Assembly (NCBI GenBank): GCA_026399475.1
Contig: JAPLQY010000032.1
Coordinates: 149,817 to 213,816, forward strand
Length of the DNA: 64,000 nucleotides
Origin: Rhodocyclales bacterium
GTDB lineage: Bacteria; Pseudomonadota; Gammaproteobacteria; Burkholderiales; Rhodocyclaceae
Direction of reading: 5' to 3'
A program made the position numbers and the translations under genes. This document shows positions 9,958 through 20,041 of this stretch, in pieces. Within the stretch, counting starts at the first letter, position 1, and the number at the start of each line of letters is the position of its first letter. The notes under the pieces are model-generated. The model had not been told where the DNA came from and did not search any database. It saw nothing but the letters and a program-made list of their open reading frames with translations.

Positions 9958-9994
9958 ATAGCGCATTGCTATCAATCGAATTGTAATAACTCAT
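9958..9994 (+). promoter_or_regulatory. Putative OxyR binding site upstream of rubrerythrin 2
   Basis: ATAG-N7-CTAT-N7-ATTG-N7-TCAT, four correctly spaced tetramers. Confidence 0.7.
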
Positions 9995-10058
9995 TGGATT
10001 TAGCTATTGAGTAGCCCTAACATGTGAAGCGTCAACCCCATCAACAAGGAGACGCAAC

Positions 10059-10535
10059 ATGTCAGGCAATCAGCAATCCGTAACCATCGGCAACATCGAG
10101 TCGGCCTTCGCCGGCGAGTCGATGGCGCATATCAAGTACCGCTATTTCGCCAGACTCTGCCGCGCGGCAGGCGACGAGGCAACGGCGAAGATTTTCGAGG
10201 AAACCGCCGACCAGGAGGTGCTGCACGCCTTCGGTCACCTCGATTTGCTCTATCCTGCGGCCGAAATGAACCCCGCGCGCTGCCTGCAAATGGCCATCGA
10301 CGGCGAAACCTACGAGTACACCGAGATGTATCCGAAGTTCCGCCACGCCGCCGAGCAGGAAGGCCAAGAGGCGGCAGTAAAGGAAATCGACGAGCAGATC
10401 GCCGAATCGAAGGAGCATGCAGCGCGCTTCGCCAAAACCCTGGCGATGGCCGCCAAACGCTTTGCCGCGCTGGCCAGGGTCGAAGAACGTCATGCCGCCC
10501 ACTATCAGGCCAGACTAGATGTAGTTGCCGTCTAA
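10059..10535 (+). CDS. Rubrerythrin family protein 2
   Basis: AFAGESMAHIKY, QEVLH, GETYEYTEMY, ESKEH, EERH; AAGGAG RBS. Confidence 0.88.
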   Translation: MSGNQQSVTIGNIESAFAGESMAHIKYRYFARLCRAAGDEATAKIFEETADQEVLHAFGHLDLLYPAAEMNPARCLQMAIDGETYEYTEMYPKFRHAAEQEGQEAAVKEIDEQIAESKEHAARFAKTLAMAAKRFAALARVEERHAAHYQARLDVVAV

Positions 10536-10575
10536 ACAAATAATTTTAGCGATACTTGACAGGAGATAGACGAAA

Positions 10576-10740
10576 ATGAAAAAGTGGCAATGTATTGTTT
10601 GCGGCTGGGTTTACGACGAAGCAACGGGTGATGCGGAACACGGCCTGGCCGCTGGTACGCGCTGGGCCGACGTGCCGGACAGCTTCGTCTGCCCCGATTG
10701 CGGGGTGGCAAAGAACGATTTCGTCATGATGGAAGCCTGA
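10576..10740 (+). CDS. rubA: Rubredoxin (54 aa, absent from the ORF track)
   Basis: MKKWQCIVCGWVYDE..W.DVPDSFVCPDCGVAKNDF; AGGAG RBS. Confidence 0.92.
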   Translation: MKKWQCIVCGWVYDEATGDAEHGLAAGTRWADVPDSFVCPDCGVAKNDFVMMEA

Positions 10741-10968
10741 GGTCAACCGCGTGTGGCGGGCAGCCCGCAAAACTAAACCGGGGTTTGCGGGCGGGCTGTG
10801 TTACAGTCCGCCCCGCTTCATCTCCTCAACGACCGCGCCCCAGTCTGCCGGTCGTGCCTGAATGGCGACACAGAGTTTGTCTCGGTCCCATCGAAGGTTA
10901 CACCCCATGGAAGTTTCCGCCCAGATTGGCCTGCACATGTGCGGGGGTCGGCTTCAGAGGTAATCAAC

Positions 10969-12294
10969 ATGCAGTTCACCGATCTCGGCCTTTCGGCCGA
11001 GCTCCTGCGCGCCATTGGCGAGCAGGGCTACACCACGCCCACCCCTGTGCAGCAGCAGGCCATCCCCCACATCCTCGCCGGCCGCGATCTCGAAGCCCTG
11101 GCCCAGACCGGCACCGGCAAGACCGCGGCCTTCGTGCTGCCCATCCTGCAGCGCCTCACCAACCCGCAGACCAGTCCGCTGCAAAAGGTGACCCACACCG
11201 CGCCGCGCGTGCTGGTGTTGGTGCCGACGCGCGAACTCGCCGCCCAGGTGCTGGAAAGCGTGCGCGTCTATGGCGCCCACACTGGCCTGCGCAGCTTGGC
11301 CGTGTTCGGCGGCGTCGGCATCAATCCGCAGATCCAGACTCTGCGCCGCGGCATCGACATCCTTGTCGCCACTCCCGGCCGCCTGCTCGACCACCTCGGC
11401 CAGCGCACCGTCGACCTGTCGAAGGTGCAGACTCTCGTGCTCGACGAAGCCGACCGCATGTTCGACATGGGCTTCATCCGCGACATCCGCCGCATCATCG
11501 AACGCCTGCCGAAGGTAAGGCAGAACCTGATGTTCTCCGCCACCTTCGCCGCCGAAGTGCGCGAGCTTGCTCACGCCGTGCTGAAGAACCCGGCGCTGGT
11601 CGAGGTCGCGCGCCGCAATGCGCCGGCGGAACTGGTCTCGCATTCGGTCATCAAGGTCGACCAGGACAAGAAGCGCGACCTGCTGCTGCATCTCTTCGCC
11701 GCCCACGGCTGGCATCAGGTTCTGGTGTTCTGCCGCACCAAACACGGCTCCGACGCGCTGGCCAGGAAGCTGGAGCAATCCGGCGTGCGCACCGCGGCGC
11801 TGCATGGCAACAAGTCGCAGAACGCCCGTACCCGCGCACTGGCCGACTTCAAGGCCGGCAAGCTCGCGGCGCTGGTGGCGACCGACATCGCCGCGCGCGG
11901 CCTCGACATCGATTCACTGCCGCGCGTGGTCAATTTCGAGCTGCCGAATGTGCCCGAGGACTACATTCACCGTATCGGCCGCACCGGCCGCGCCGGCGCC
12001 AGCGGCGAGGCCCTCAGCCTGGTCAGCAGCGACGAGCGCATCCAGCTGCGCGACATCGAGCGCCTGCTGAAACGCGAGATTCCGACGTCGGTCATGCCCG
12101 GCTTCGAGCCGCAGCACAATCATTCGGTGCCGCGTCCCGCCGCCGGCCGTCCGCCGGCGCAGAAGCCGGCCCAGGCGCGCACGCGCAGCGGCAGCGGGGA
12201 TCGCAGCGGCGCCCCGCGTTCGCCGCGCCCGGCACGTTCGGGAGGCGGCGCCGCCAAGCCGGCCAGTCATCACAGCGGCCAGCGGCATCGCTGA
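10969..12294 (+). CDS. rhlE: DEAD-box RNA helicase, RhlE type
   Basis: [40 protein letters not shown]. Confidence 0.88.
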   Translation: MQFTDLGLSAELLRAIGEQGYTTPTPVQQQAIPHILAGRDLEALAQTGTGKTAAFVLPILQRLTNPQTSPLQKVTHTAPRVLVLVPTRELAAQVLESVRVYGAHTGLRSLAVFGGVGINPQIQTLRRGIDILVATPGRLLDHLGQRTVDLSKVQTLVLDEADRMFDMGFIRDIRRIIERLPKVRQNLMFSATFAAEVRELAHAVLKNPALVEVARRNAPAELVSHSVIKVDQDKKRDLLLHLFAAHGWHQVLVFCRTKHGSDALARKLEQSGVRTAALHGNKSQNARTRALADFKAGKLAALVATDIAARGLDIDSLPRVVNFELPNVPEDYIHRIGRTGRAGASGEALSLVSSDERIQLRDIERLLKREIPTSVMPGFEPQHNHSVPRPAAGRPPAQKPAQARTRSGSGDRSGAPRSPRPARSGGGAAKPASHHSGQRHR

Positions 12295-12317
12295 GCGAAT
12301 GCTTCGCGCTCGCGCTG

Positions 12318-12351
12318 AACAACAAGGCCCCGGCAGGGGCCTTGTTGTTTT
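12318..12351. terminator. Intrinsic terminator, probably bidirectional
   Basis: AACAACAAGGCCCC-GGCA-GGGGCCTTGTTGTT between convergent genes. Confidence 0.85.
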
Positions 12352-12382
12352 CCGGATTCAGGTTCGCAGACGGCGCCGGAAG

Positions 12383-12973
12383 TCAGAACGACGAGCCGGG
12401 CTGTTTGAGAAATTCGATTTCCTCGGGCGTCGATTCGCGACCGAGGATGGCATTGCGATGCGGGAAGCGGCCGAAGCGGGCTATGACCTCGCGATGCCGT
12501 AGCGCGTAGTCATAGGCGCTGTCGAAGGCCTCGTGCTGCATTTCCCGGCGCAATCCGGCGAAGAGCGCCACGGCGCGCTCCTGGTCGAGTAGCACTTCAC
12601 TGTGTTCGAAGGGCAGGTAGGCGAACCAGCGCTGCCAGGGCGTCAGGTTCTTGTCGCGGCCTGCGGTGACCAGCGTTTCGGCCACTTGCAGGGCCTGCGC
12701 GTCGCCGGCGAAGGCGCGCGGCGTGTCGCGGAAAATGTTGCGGGTGAATTGGTCGAGCTGCAGGATGCGCGCCAGTATGGCTTCATCCGGGTCCGGTCCG
12801 GGCGTGCTGGCCAATGCCGCTTCGACGCTCGGCGCGAAGCGCTCGCGGATCGCGGTGTCAAAGCCCTCATCCTTGCGGAACCACTCGGTCCGATACTGGC
12901 CGTGGCCGGGATGGTCCGGCGTCAGGAACCAGAAGTCGAGCACGGCGCGAACCAGCGGCGCCGCCTCGTTCAT
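12383..12973 (-). CDS. DUF924 family protein
   Basis: LDQFTRNIFR, YLPFEHSE, FGRFPHRNAILGREST. Confidence 0.9.
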   Translation of the reverse strand: MNEAAPLVRAVLDFWFLTPDHPGHGQYRTEWFRKDEGFDTAIRERFAPSVEAALASTPGPDPDEAILARILQLDQFTRNIFRDTPRAFAGDAQALQVAETLVTAGRDKNLTPWQRWFAYLPFEHSEVLLDQERAVALFAGLRREMQHEAFDSAYDYALRHREVIARFGRFPHRNAILGRESTPEEIEFLKQPGSSF

Positions 12974-15633
12974 TCAGCCTTCTTGGCGGCCGGCTTTCTT
13001 GCCGCCGGCTTTTTCGCCGCGGTCTTTTTTGCGACCGGTTTCTTGGCCGCTGCCTTCTTGAGCGCGGGCTTCTGCACGGCCTCGGCCGGGTCGACCAGCG
13101 GGATGACTTTCGCGCTTGCCGGCTTGGCCGGCTTTGCGGCAGCGGGTTTGGCACCGGCCTTGGGTGCAGTTTTTGGGTTCCTCGGTTCGAACTCGAAGCC
13201 GACCTTGCCGCTGGCCGGGTCGCGCACCAGATAGGCAGAAAACTTGCGCCGCGTTTTGTTGGAGATGAAGCCCTTGAGCAGGTCGGTCTTGCCGGTGGCC
13301 AGCAGCTTCTGCATGTCGGCGCGCGCGACTTCCTGTTGCAGGATGATCTTGCCGGAGCGGAAATCGCAGGTCTTGCCCGCTCCCACGGCCTTTTCGCAGA
13401 CGTAGGCCATGCCGTGTTCGAAGACGCGGCCGCCGCATTTGGGGCAGACGCCAAGCGTTTCCTGTGTCGAGAAATCCACTTCTTCGCCATCGGCGTCGGC
13501 ATCGGACTGGCCGAAATCGAATTCCGGCATGTGGTCTTCCTTCAGCTTGATCATCGCCGCGAAGGGGCGTCCCATCTTGCTGCGAAAGCCCTGCAGGGGG
13601 CCGATCTGCCGCTTGCTAAGCAGTTCGTCGACCTCCTCGGACTCCCATTGCCGGCTGGCGACCACTTTCCACAATTTGTAGTCGCACTTTTCGCAGGTGA
13701 AGTGCTTGTAGCCTTCGTGGATCTTGGCGCCGCAGCGCGGGCAGGGTGTCTTCAGCGTGCCGAAGTCAGGATCCGCGAATTCGCCGGTCTTGATCCGTTC
13801 GACCATCTCGCGCGTCCGGTCCACGACATGGCTCATGAACTCGTCGCGGCCGAGGCGGCCGTGTTCCATTTCCTTGAGCTTGTATTCCCATTCGCCGGTC
13901 AGTTCGGGCGAGCGGATTTCGTCGACCTTGAGCTGTTCCAGCGCGAACAGCAGCGAGAAGGCTTTGGCCGTCGGCTGCAGTTCGCGGCCGTTGCGGTGCA
14001 GGTATTCCTCGGCCAGCAGGCCTTCGATGGTGGCGGCGCGTGTGGCCGGTGTGCCCAGCCCGCGCTCGGACATGGCCTCGCGCAGTTCTTCGTCTTCGAT
14101 CAGCTTGCCGGCGCCTTCCATGGCGGTCAGCAGCGTGGCTTCCGAGAAGCGCGGCGGCGGTTGGGTGGCCTTGGACTTGACCTCGACATCCTTGGCCCAG
14201 ACGCGCTCGTCCTTTTCCAGCGGCGGCAGGTTCACGGCTTCACCCGCTTCTTCGCGGGTTTCCTGCGATTCCTTGCCATATACAGCGAGCCAGCCCGGCG
14301 TCACCAGAACCTTGCCTTCGGTCTTGAAGGCTTCCTTTTCGATGCGGGTGATGCGGGTGGTGATGTTGTATTCGGCCGCCGGATAGAAAATCCCCAGGAA
14401 GCGTTTGGTGACGAGGTCGTAGATCTTCTGTTCCGGCTCGGAGAGGTTCTTCGGCGCAGCCCCCGTGGGGATGATGGCGAAGTGGTCGGAAACCTTGGTA
14501 TTGTTGAAAATGCGCTTGTTCGGATGCACCCAGCCGTTCTTGATGATGGCGCCGGCGAATGTGGCATAGGGCGTGCCGGCCATCGCGGCGAGGGTCTCCT
14601 TGACCGTGGCGATGTAGTCCTCGGGCAGGTGGCGGCTGTCGGTCCGCGGGTAGGTCAGCGCCTTGTGCTTTTCGTACAGCGCCTGGGCGATGCCCAGCGT
14701 ATTCTTGGCCGAAAAGCCGAAGCGGCCGTTGGCCTCGCGCTGCAGCGAGGTGAGGTCGTAGAGCATCGGGCAGGCTTCGGTCTTGGGCTTGCTTTCCTCT
14801 TCGACGGTGCCGTGTTGGCCCAGACATTTCTTGCGCAGGGCTTCGGCGCGTGCCTTGTCCCACAGGCGCTCGCCCCGGGCATGTTCGTCATCTGCTTTTT
14901 TGAACTTCTCGTCGAACCAGCGCCCACGGTAGGTGCCGGCGACGCACTGGAATTCGCCTTCGACTTCCCAGAAATCACGCGAGACGAAGGCGCGGATCCG
15001 GCTTTCGCGTTCGACCATGATGGCCAGGGTCGGCGTCTGCACGCGTCCGACCGGCGTCTTGTAGAAGCCGCCTTCCTTCGAGTTGAAGGCGGTCATGGCG
15101 CGCGTGCCGTTGATGCCGATCAGCCAGTCGGCTTCCGACCTGCAGCGCGCGGCATCCGCCAGCGGCAGCATTTCGGTGTCGGTGCGCAAATGGGCGAAGC
15201 CGTCGCGAATTGCGGTACTGGTCATTGATTGCAGCCACAGCCGGCGGATGGGCTTCTGCTTGGCGCCCAGAGCGTGCTGCGCCACGTAGCGGAAAATCAG
15301 CTCGCCCTCGCGTCCCGCGTCGCAGGCATTGACCAGGCCGGTGACATCCTTGCGCTTGATCAGGCGCGTCAGCAGGCGCAGTCGTTCCTGGGTTCTTTCG
15401 ATGGGATTCAGCGCGAAATGCGGCGGAATCATCGGCAGATGGGTAAAACTCCACTTGCCACGCTTGACGTCGTATTCCTCCGGCACGGCCAGTTCGAGCA
15501 GATGGCCGATGGCCGAGGACAACACGTAGTCGTCGCTCTCGAAGTAGTCGCCTGTCTTGGCGAAGCCGCCCAGCGCCCTGGCAATGTCCTGGGCGACAGA
15601 AGGTTTCTCGGCGATGATCAGTTGTTTTGACAT
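12970..15633 (-). CDS. topB: DNA topoisomerase III (type IA)
   Basis: IAEKPSVA, NACDAGREGELIF, TYPRTDS, GLGTPATRA, C-terminal repeats and a PAKK-rich tail. Confidence 0.92.
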   Translation of the reverse strand: MSKQLIIAEKPSVAQDIARALGGFAKTGDYFESDDYVLSSAIGHLLELAVPEEYDVKRGKWSFTHLPMIPPHFALNPIERTQERLRLLTRLIKRKDVTGLVNACDAGREGELIFRYVAQHALGAKQKPIRRLWLQSMTSTAIRDGFAHLRTDTEMLPLADAARCRSEADWLIGINGTRAMTAFNSKEGGFYKTPVGRVQTPTLAIMVERESRIRAFVSRDFWEVEGEFQCVAGTYRGRWFDEKFKKADDEHARGERLWDKARAEALRKKCLGQHGTVEEESKPKTEACPMLYDLTSLQREANGRFGFSAKNTLGIAQALYEKHKALTYPRTDSRHLPEDYIATVKETLAAMAGTPYATFAGAIIKNGWVHPNKRIFNNTKVSDHFAIIPTGAAPKNLSEPEQKIYDLVTKRFLGIFYPAAEYNITTRITRIEKEAFKTEGKVLVTPGWLAVYGKESQETREEAGEAVNLPPLEKDERVWAKDVEVKSKATQPPPRFSEATLLTAMEGAGKLIEDEELREAMSERGLGTPATRAATIEGLLAEEYLHRNGRELQPTAKAFSLLFALEQLKVDEIRSPELTGEWEYKLKEMEHGRLGRDEFMSHVVDRTREMVERIKTGEFADPDFGTLKTPCPRCGAKIHEGYKHFTCEKCDYKLWKVVASRQWESEEVDELLSKRQIGPLQGFRSKMGRPFAAMIKLKEDHMPEFDFGQSDADADGEEVDFSTQETLGVCPKCGGRVFEHGMAYVCEKAVGAGKTCDFRSGKIILQQEVARADMQKLLATGKTDLLKGFISNKTRRKFSAYLVRDPASGKVGFEFEPRNPKTAPKAGAKPAAAKPAKPASAKVIPLVDPAEAVQKPALKKAAAKKPVAKKTAAKKPAARKPAAKKAE

Positions 15634-15718
15634 TGTTCTTTTGGGCGATGCGGACGCAAATGCACAATCAGGAGCGGCGCATCATAAGCGCGCCTCTCCC
15701 AATTAGGCAAGCCGGGAA

Positions 15719-16207
15719 TTAATTCAGCAGGATGCGGGTGATGTCTGTGGCAACGCCAAAGTCGTCGTCGTCACTGTCTTCGGCGAGGAGTTCCTCGAGG
15801 ATCAGGGCGTCGACTTCATGGCGGTAGCGCCAGATCACCGCGAGCACAATGACCTTGAGCCGGTCAAGGCTGACTTCGGCGTCGGGCAGGGCCATGGCGC
15901 GGTCGATGATGGCTTCGCGCAAGGAGGCATCGACCGCATCGTGCTGCTCAAGAAAGGCAATGAAGCCGCGACAGGCGACGGGCAGCCTCTCCTGTTCATC
16001 CTCGTCGTAAATTCTTATGGAATTGGAGTACGCCGGGCTGAGGCAACGGCCTCCTTCTTCTCCGGCGAGACCGTCGAGCCAGGACAGCGCCGCGCTGATG
16101 TCGTCGGTTCCGAAACCCGCGGCCGAAAGCTTCCTCGCCAGGACGGCTGGTTCCGGACAGGCATCGGGCAGATAGTTCTCGAACAGGTAAACCAGAATAT
16201 CGATCAT
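15719..16207 (-). CDS. smg: Smg (DUF494)
   Basis: MIDILVYLFENY..AGF..AL.WL; downstream of dprA. Confidence 0.9.
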   Translation of the reverse strand: MIDILVYLFENYLPDACPEPAVLARKLSAAGFGTDDISAALSWLDGLAGEEGGRCLSPAYSNSIRIYDEDEQERLPVACRGFIAFLEQHDAVDASLREAIIDRAMALPDAEVSLDRLKVIVLAVIWRYRHEVDALILEELLAEDSDDDDFGVATDITRILLN

Positions 16208-17301
16208 GAATGAAGTCTTTGGTAAAGACCGCCGGATAATTGGGCAACGCGGCCGGCGAGTTCCATGGGCAACAGCATGGCAAGAAGGTCGGCGGGCGTC
16301 AAGCCACTGCGCGCAGAAAGAGTGTCCAGCGAGCAGGGGGCATCACCCAGAAAAGCGAGTACCTGCTCTTCGCTGCTATTCTGCGGCACAACCACCTGGT
16401 CAGGGTCGAGCCTTGTAAAACAGGATGATTCCCAGCGCAGTTCCTCGAGGATGTCGTGTGCCGATTCGACCAGCTTTGCGCCCTGGCGAATCAACTGATG
16501 GCAGCCTCGTGACAGCGGCGAGTGGATCGAACCCGGAATGGCAAACACCTCGCGCCCTGTTTCTGCGGCGAGGCGTGCGGTAATCAGCGAACCACTGCGC
16601 TGGGCCGCTTCGACCACCAGACAGCCCAGCCCGAGACCGGCAATGATGCGGTTTCGGCGCGGGAAGTTGGATGCCAACGGCGGAGTACCGAGCGGGAATT
16701 CGCTGAGAACGACGCCTTTTTCTGCAATGGCGCGGGCCAGGGCCTCATTGCGTGCCGGGTAAAGGCGGTCGGCACCGGTGCCAATCACTGCCACCGTTCC
16801 GGCCGCGGTCGCCAGGGCGCCGCGATGGGCGGCCGCATCGATGCCTAGTGCGAGGCCGCTGACGATGGTCAGGCCGGCGTCGCCGAGTGCTTTGGAGAAG
16901 GCCTCGGCGTCGCGTACGCCCTGCGCGGTCGCATTGCGGCTGCCGACCACGGCCAACATCGGGCGATTGAGCGCTGTGGTGTTGCCTTTGGCGTAGAGCA
17001 GTACCGGTGGGTCCTCCGAGCTCAGCAGGCTTTGCGGATAATCCGCATCGGCCAGGGTCAGCAGGTGATTGCCGGGCTGAGCCGCCCAGTCCAGCGCCGC
17101 TTCGATATCGGCTGCGCATTCATGGCTCAGCAGGCGCTCGGCTAGGCCGGGGTCGATGATTGCGGAAAGTGCGCTTGGACCCGCCTCGAAAATTGCCTGC
17201 GGCAGCCCGAAGGCTTTGAGCAGTGAGCGCCGTGCTTCGCCGCCGACGCCGGGGATCAGCGTGAGACGGAGCCAAAATGCGAGTTCTTGTTGCTCCGCCA
17301 T
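16204..17301 (-). CDS. dprA: DNA processing protein DprA
   Basis: VGSR, VSGLALGIDAAAH, FPRRNRII, SGSLITA, IPGSIHSP. Confidence 0.95.
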   Translation of the reverse strand: MAEQQELAFWLRLTLIPGVGGEARRSLLKAFGLPQAIFEAGPSALSAIIDPGLAERLLSHECAADIEAALDWAAQPGNHLLTLADADYPQSLLSSEDPPVLLYAKGNTTALNRPMLAVVGSRNATAQGVRDAEAFSKALGDAGLTIVSGLALGIDAAAHRGALATAAGTVAVIGTGADRLYPARNEALARAIAEKGVVLSEFPLGTPPLASNFPRRNRIIAGLGLGCLVVEAAQRSGSLITARLAAETGREVFAIPGSIHSPLSRGCHQLIRQGAKLVESAHDILEELRWESSCFTRLDPDQVVVPQNSSEEQVLAFLGDAPCSLDTLSARSGLTPADLLAMLLPMELAGRVAQLSGGLYQRLHS

Positions 17302-17329
17302 GATGCGCTCGGCGCTTTACGCGCAGGCG

Positions 17330-18346
17330 TCAGGGGGTGCGCACGGCGTCACCAACCACTATCGGCTGCGTCGCGTTCATCACCAGGGCGTAGGACACCC
17401 GGTCGAACACGCGGAAGACGAAAACCAGGCCATTGCGGGCGTCTGGTAGCTGGTAACCGGTCTTTTCGCCCTGGTAGCGGTTGCTGACCTCGACACCCGC
17501 TATATCTGCGGCGAGCACATGACCCGGTTCGAGTCCGTCGGCCTTGCCGCGATTGAGGGTAATCACGGATTGCGGACCTCCGAAGTTCACACCTGCGTAT
17601 ATGGCGAGCACCTTGGCCTTGAGCATCTTGTTCGGTGCGCGCGGAATGTAATTCACCACATCCTGCCGCGGTGCGGACAGCAGTCGGTCGTCGCGAACGA
17701 TTTCCTGCTTCGACGTGAGTATCAGGAAGCTCGACGGGACGCCATCCTTGGTCTGGCGAGCCGTGCCGAGAAACAAGGCTTCATGGCCCAGCGTCTCCTT
17801 GGTGTCGGGATCGAGCAAGGCCTTGCCGGGGCGGAACAGCTGCCACAGCTTGTGCTGGGAGGTGGTTGCGGTGGTATATATGGTGTCGCCGGCGCCGGCT
17901 ATGACGCGATCGCTTTGCAGGGCCACCACGCGCGGTGCGGTGTCGAGGCCTTTTTCGTCGAGCACGCGCGGTTCGCTGAGGAAGGGTTCGATTTCCTGCG
18001 GCGGGATGGAGGGGACACCCTTTTTCAGTGGCTCAATGTACTCGCGGCGTTGTTCGGTAACCGTCACCAGCTTGAGGCGGGGCTGATTGCCGCTCCTGTC
18101 GAGCGTAATGACCTGACCGGGATAGATGCGCTGCGGGTTCTTGATCTCCTCCGCGTTCAACTTCCACAATTCGCCCCAGCGATAGGGATCCTTGAGGAAT
18201 TTAGCGGCGATGCCCCACAAGGTGTCGCCGGATGTCACGACATGCCGGTCAGGTGCGCCGTCGGCCAATTCCAGGGGCTTTGCCCCCTGTGCGAAGGCAA
18301 GCGTGGTTGAAATGGTGATGAGCAGCGCAGATATAATGCGACGCAT
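17330..18346 (-). CDS. Secreted LysM-domain protein (TsaP-like)
   Basis: Signal peptide, LysM GDTLWGIA..IKNPQRIYPG; conserved position between def and dprA. Confidence 0.85.
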   Translation of the reverse strand: MRRIISALLITISTTLAFAQGAKPLELADGAPDRHVVTSGDTLWGIAAKFLKDPYRWGELWKLNAEEIKNPQRIYPGQVITLDRSGNQPRLKLVTVTEQRREYIEPLKKGVPSIPPQEIEPFLSEPRVLDEKGLDTAPRVVALQSDRVIAGAGDTIYTTATTSQHKLWQLFRPGKALLDPDTKETLGHEALFLGTARQTKDGVPSSFLILTSKQEIVRDDRLLSAPRQDVVNYIPRAPNKMLKAKVLAIYAGVNFGGPQSVITLNRGKADGLEPGHVLAADIAGVEVSNRYQGEKTGYQLPDARNGLVFVFRVFDRVSYALVMNATQPIVVGDAVRTP

Positions 18347-18452
18347 GGCGTGATCTCCTGGCCGAGTGTCTATGTGAATGGCGAACCACCCTAGTATCTT
18401 CCCGATTCTGCCCGACAATTCTCCCAGCATCAATTCTTTCAAGAGCGGTTTC

Positions 18453-18956
18453 ATGGCCCTATTGCCGATTTTGCGATACCCCGATCCCCGGCTGCACAAG
18501 AAGGCTGCCCCGGTCACACAGGTGGATGCGCGCATCCGCCAGCTTGCCGCGGATATGGCCGAAACCATGTATGCCGCGCCCGGCATTGGTCTTGCCGCGT
18601 CGCAGGTGGACCAGCACCTGCGCCTGATCGTGATCGATATTTCGGAAGACAAGTCACAGCTTCAGGTTTTCATCAACCCCGAGCTGCTGGAAAAATCCGG
18701 CGAATGCGAAGGCGAGGAAGGCTGTCTTTCGGTGCCCGGCATCTACGATACGGTGCAGCGCGCCAGCCATGTCAGGGTTCGCGCGCTGGGGCTCGATGGC
18801 CAGCCTTTCGAACTCGAGGCGGACGACCTGCTTGCGGTGTGCATCCAGCACGAAATCGATCACCTGGAAGGCAAGGTCTTCGTCGAATACCTCTCACGCC
18901 TCAAACAGACACGGATCAAGAGCAAACTGCTCAAGCAGGCGCGCGAGACGTTCTAA
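18453..18956 (+). CDS. def: Peptide deformylase
   Basis: [24 protein letters not shown]. Confidence 0.97.
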   Translation: MALLPILRYPDPRLHKKAAPVTQVDARIRQLAADMAETMYAAPGIGLAASQVDQHLRLIVIDISEDKSQLQVFINPELLEKSGECEGEEGCLSVPGIYDTVQRASHVRVRALGLDGQPFELEADDLLAVCIQHEIDHLEGKVFVEYLSRLKQTRIKSKLLKQARETF

Positions 18957-19100
18957 CGCTCATGGCACCGAGCGCCCCCGGCAGAAGATGAAACACGCGA
19001 AAACGATTAGTCGCCCGCCCCCCTTCCCCCCTCGCGGGGGGTTACCAATCGGCGCGCTGCGCGCGTTCGTCACAAGGGGCTCCGAACAAGGAGTTTCACG
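18957..19100 (-). repeat. Family B junction element, copy 1 (def-fmt)
   Basis: Reverse complement aligns with 22361-22511 and 57068-57216; flanked by CTAA on both sides. Confidence 0.85.
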
Positions 19101-19104
19101 CTAA

Positions 19105-20022
19105 GTGAAAATAATTTTTGCCGGTACGCCGGAATTTGCCGCACGCGCACTCGAGGCGCTGCTGGCCTCCGGGCACGAGGCCGTGCTGGTGCTGACCCAG
19201 CCCGACCGTCCTGCCGGGCGCGGCATGGTCCTGCAGGCTTCCGCCGTCAAGAAAGTGGCCTTGGCCCACGGTATCCCGGTATTTCAGCCGGAGCGCCTCA
19301 AGGATCCGGCGACGCATGGGCCGATCCGCGCCGCCTGCGTCGAACATGGCGCCGAGCTGATGGTGGTCGCTGCCTATGGCCTGATCCTGCCACAGGCCGT
19401 GCTCGACCTGCCCCGGCGCGGTTGCATCAACATCCATGCCTCGCTCCTGCCGCGCTGGCGCGGTGCGGCGCCGATTCATCGCGCCATTGAAGCCGGCGAT
19501 AAACAAACCGGCATCACCATCATGAAGATGGAAGCCGGGCTGGATACGGGTCCGATGCTGCTGGCCGAGACGGTCGATATTGGCGCACGGGACACCACCG
19601 GCAGCTTGCATGACCTCCTCGCTGAATTGGGCGGCAGGCTCGCGGTCGACGCGCTGGCGCGCTTCGATGAACTTGTCCCCGCGCTGCAGCCCGAATCCGG
19701 CGTTACCTACGCTACCAAGATCGACAAGGCCGAGGCCCGGCTGGACTGGACCCAGCCTGCCACGGTTCTGGAGCGCAAACTGCGCGCCTTCAATCCTTTC
19801 CCCGGTGCGATCGTGACGCTGGCCGACGAGCCGGTCAAGGTCTGGCGTGGGGATGTGGTCGCCGGTGACGGCCGGCCGGGTCAGGTACTTGCTGCTGACG
19901 CTGCGGGCATCGTCGTGGCCTGTGGCGAAGCTGCCCTGCGTCTCACCGAACTGCAAAAGCCTGGTGGCCGGCGTGTTACCAGCGCCGAGTTTCTGCACGG
20001 GAATCCCTTGCGGCTGGATTGA
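19105..20022 (+). CDS. fmt: Methionyl-tRNA formyltransferase
   Basis: [39 protein letters not shown]. Confidence 0.97.
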   Translation: MKIIFAGTPEFAARALEALLASGHEAVLVLTQPDRPAGRGMVLQASAVKKVALAHGIPVFQPERLKDPATHGPIRAACVEHGAELMVVAAYGLILPQAVLDLPRRGCINIHASLLPRWRGAAPIHRAIEAGDKQTGITIMKMEAGLDTGPMLLAETVDIGARDTTGSLHDLLAELGGRLAVDALARFDELVPALQPESGVTYATKIDKAEARLDWTQPATVLERKLRAFNPFPGAIVTLADEPVKVWRGDVVAGDGRPGQVLAADAAGIVVACGEAALRLTELQKPGGRRVTSAEFLHGNPLRLD

Positions 20023-20041
20023 CCGGTCGCGATTCGCGGCG

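Noticed and set aside
12970-13170. Repetitive PAK/AAKK sequence at the topB C-terminus
   Set aside because: Ordinary low-complexity basic tail, not a DNA repeat element.
12814-15228. 804-aa plus-strand ORF and similar long ORFs (3202-4575, 23496-24851, 40073-41539, 50805-52424)
   Set aside because: Antisense shadows of well-supported genes, expected at high GC; no recognisable motifs.
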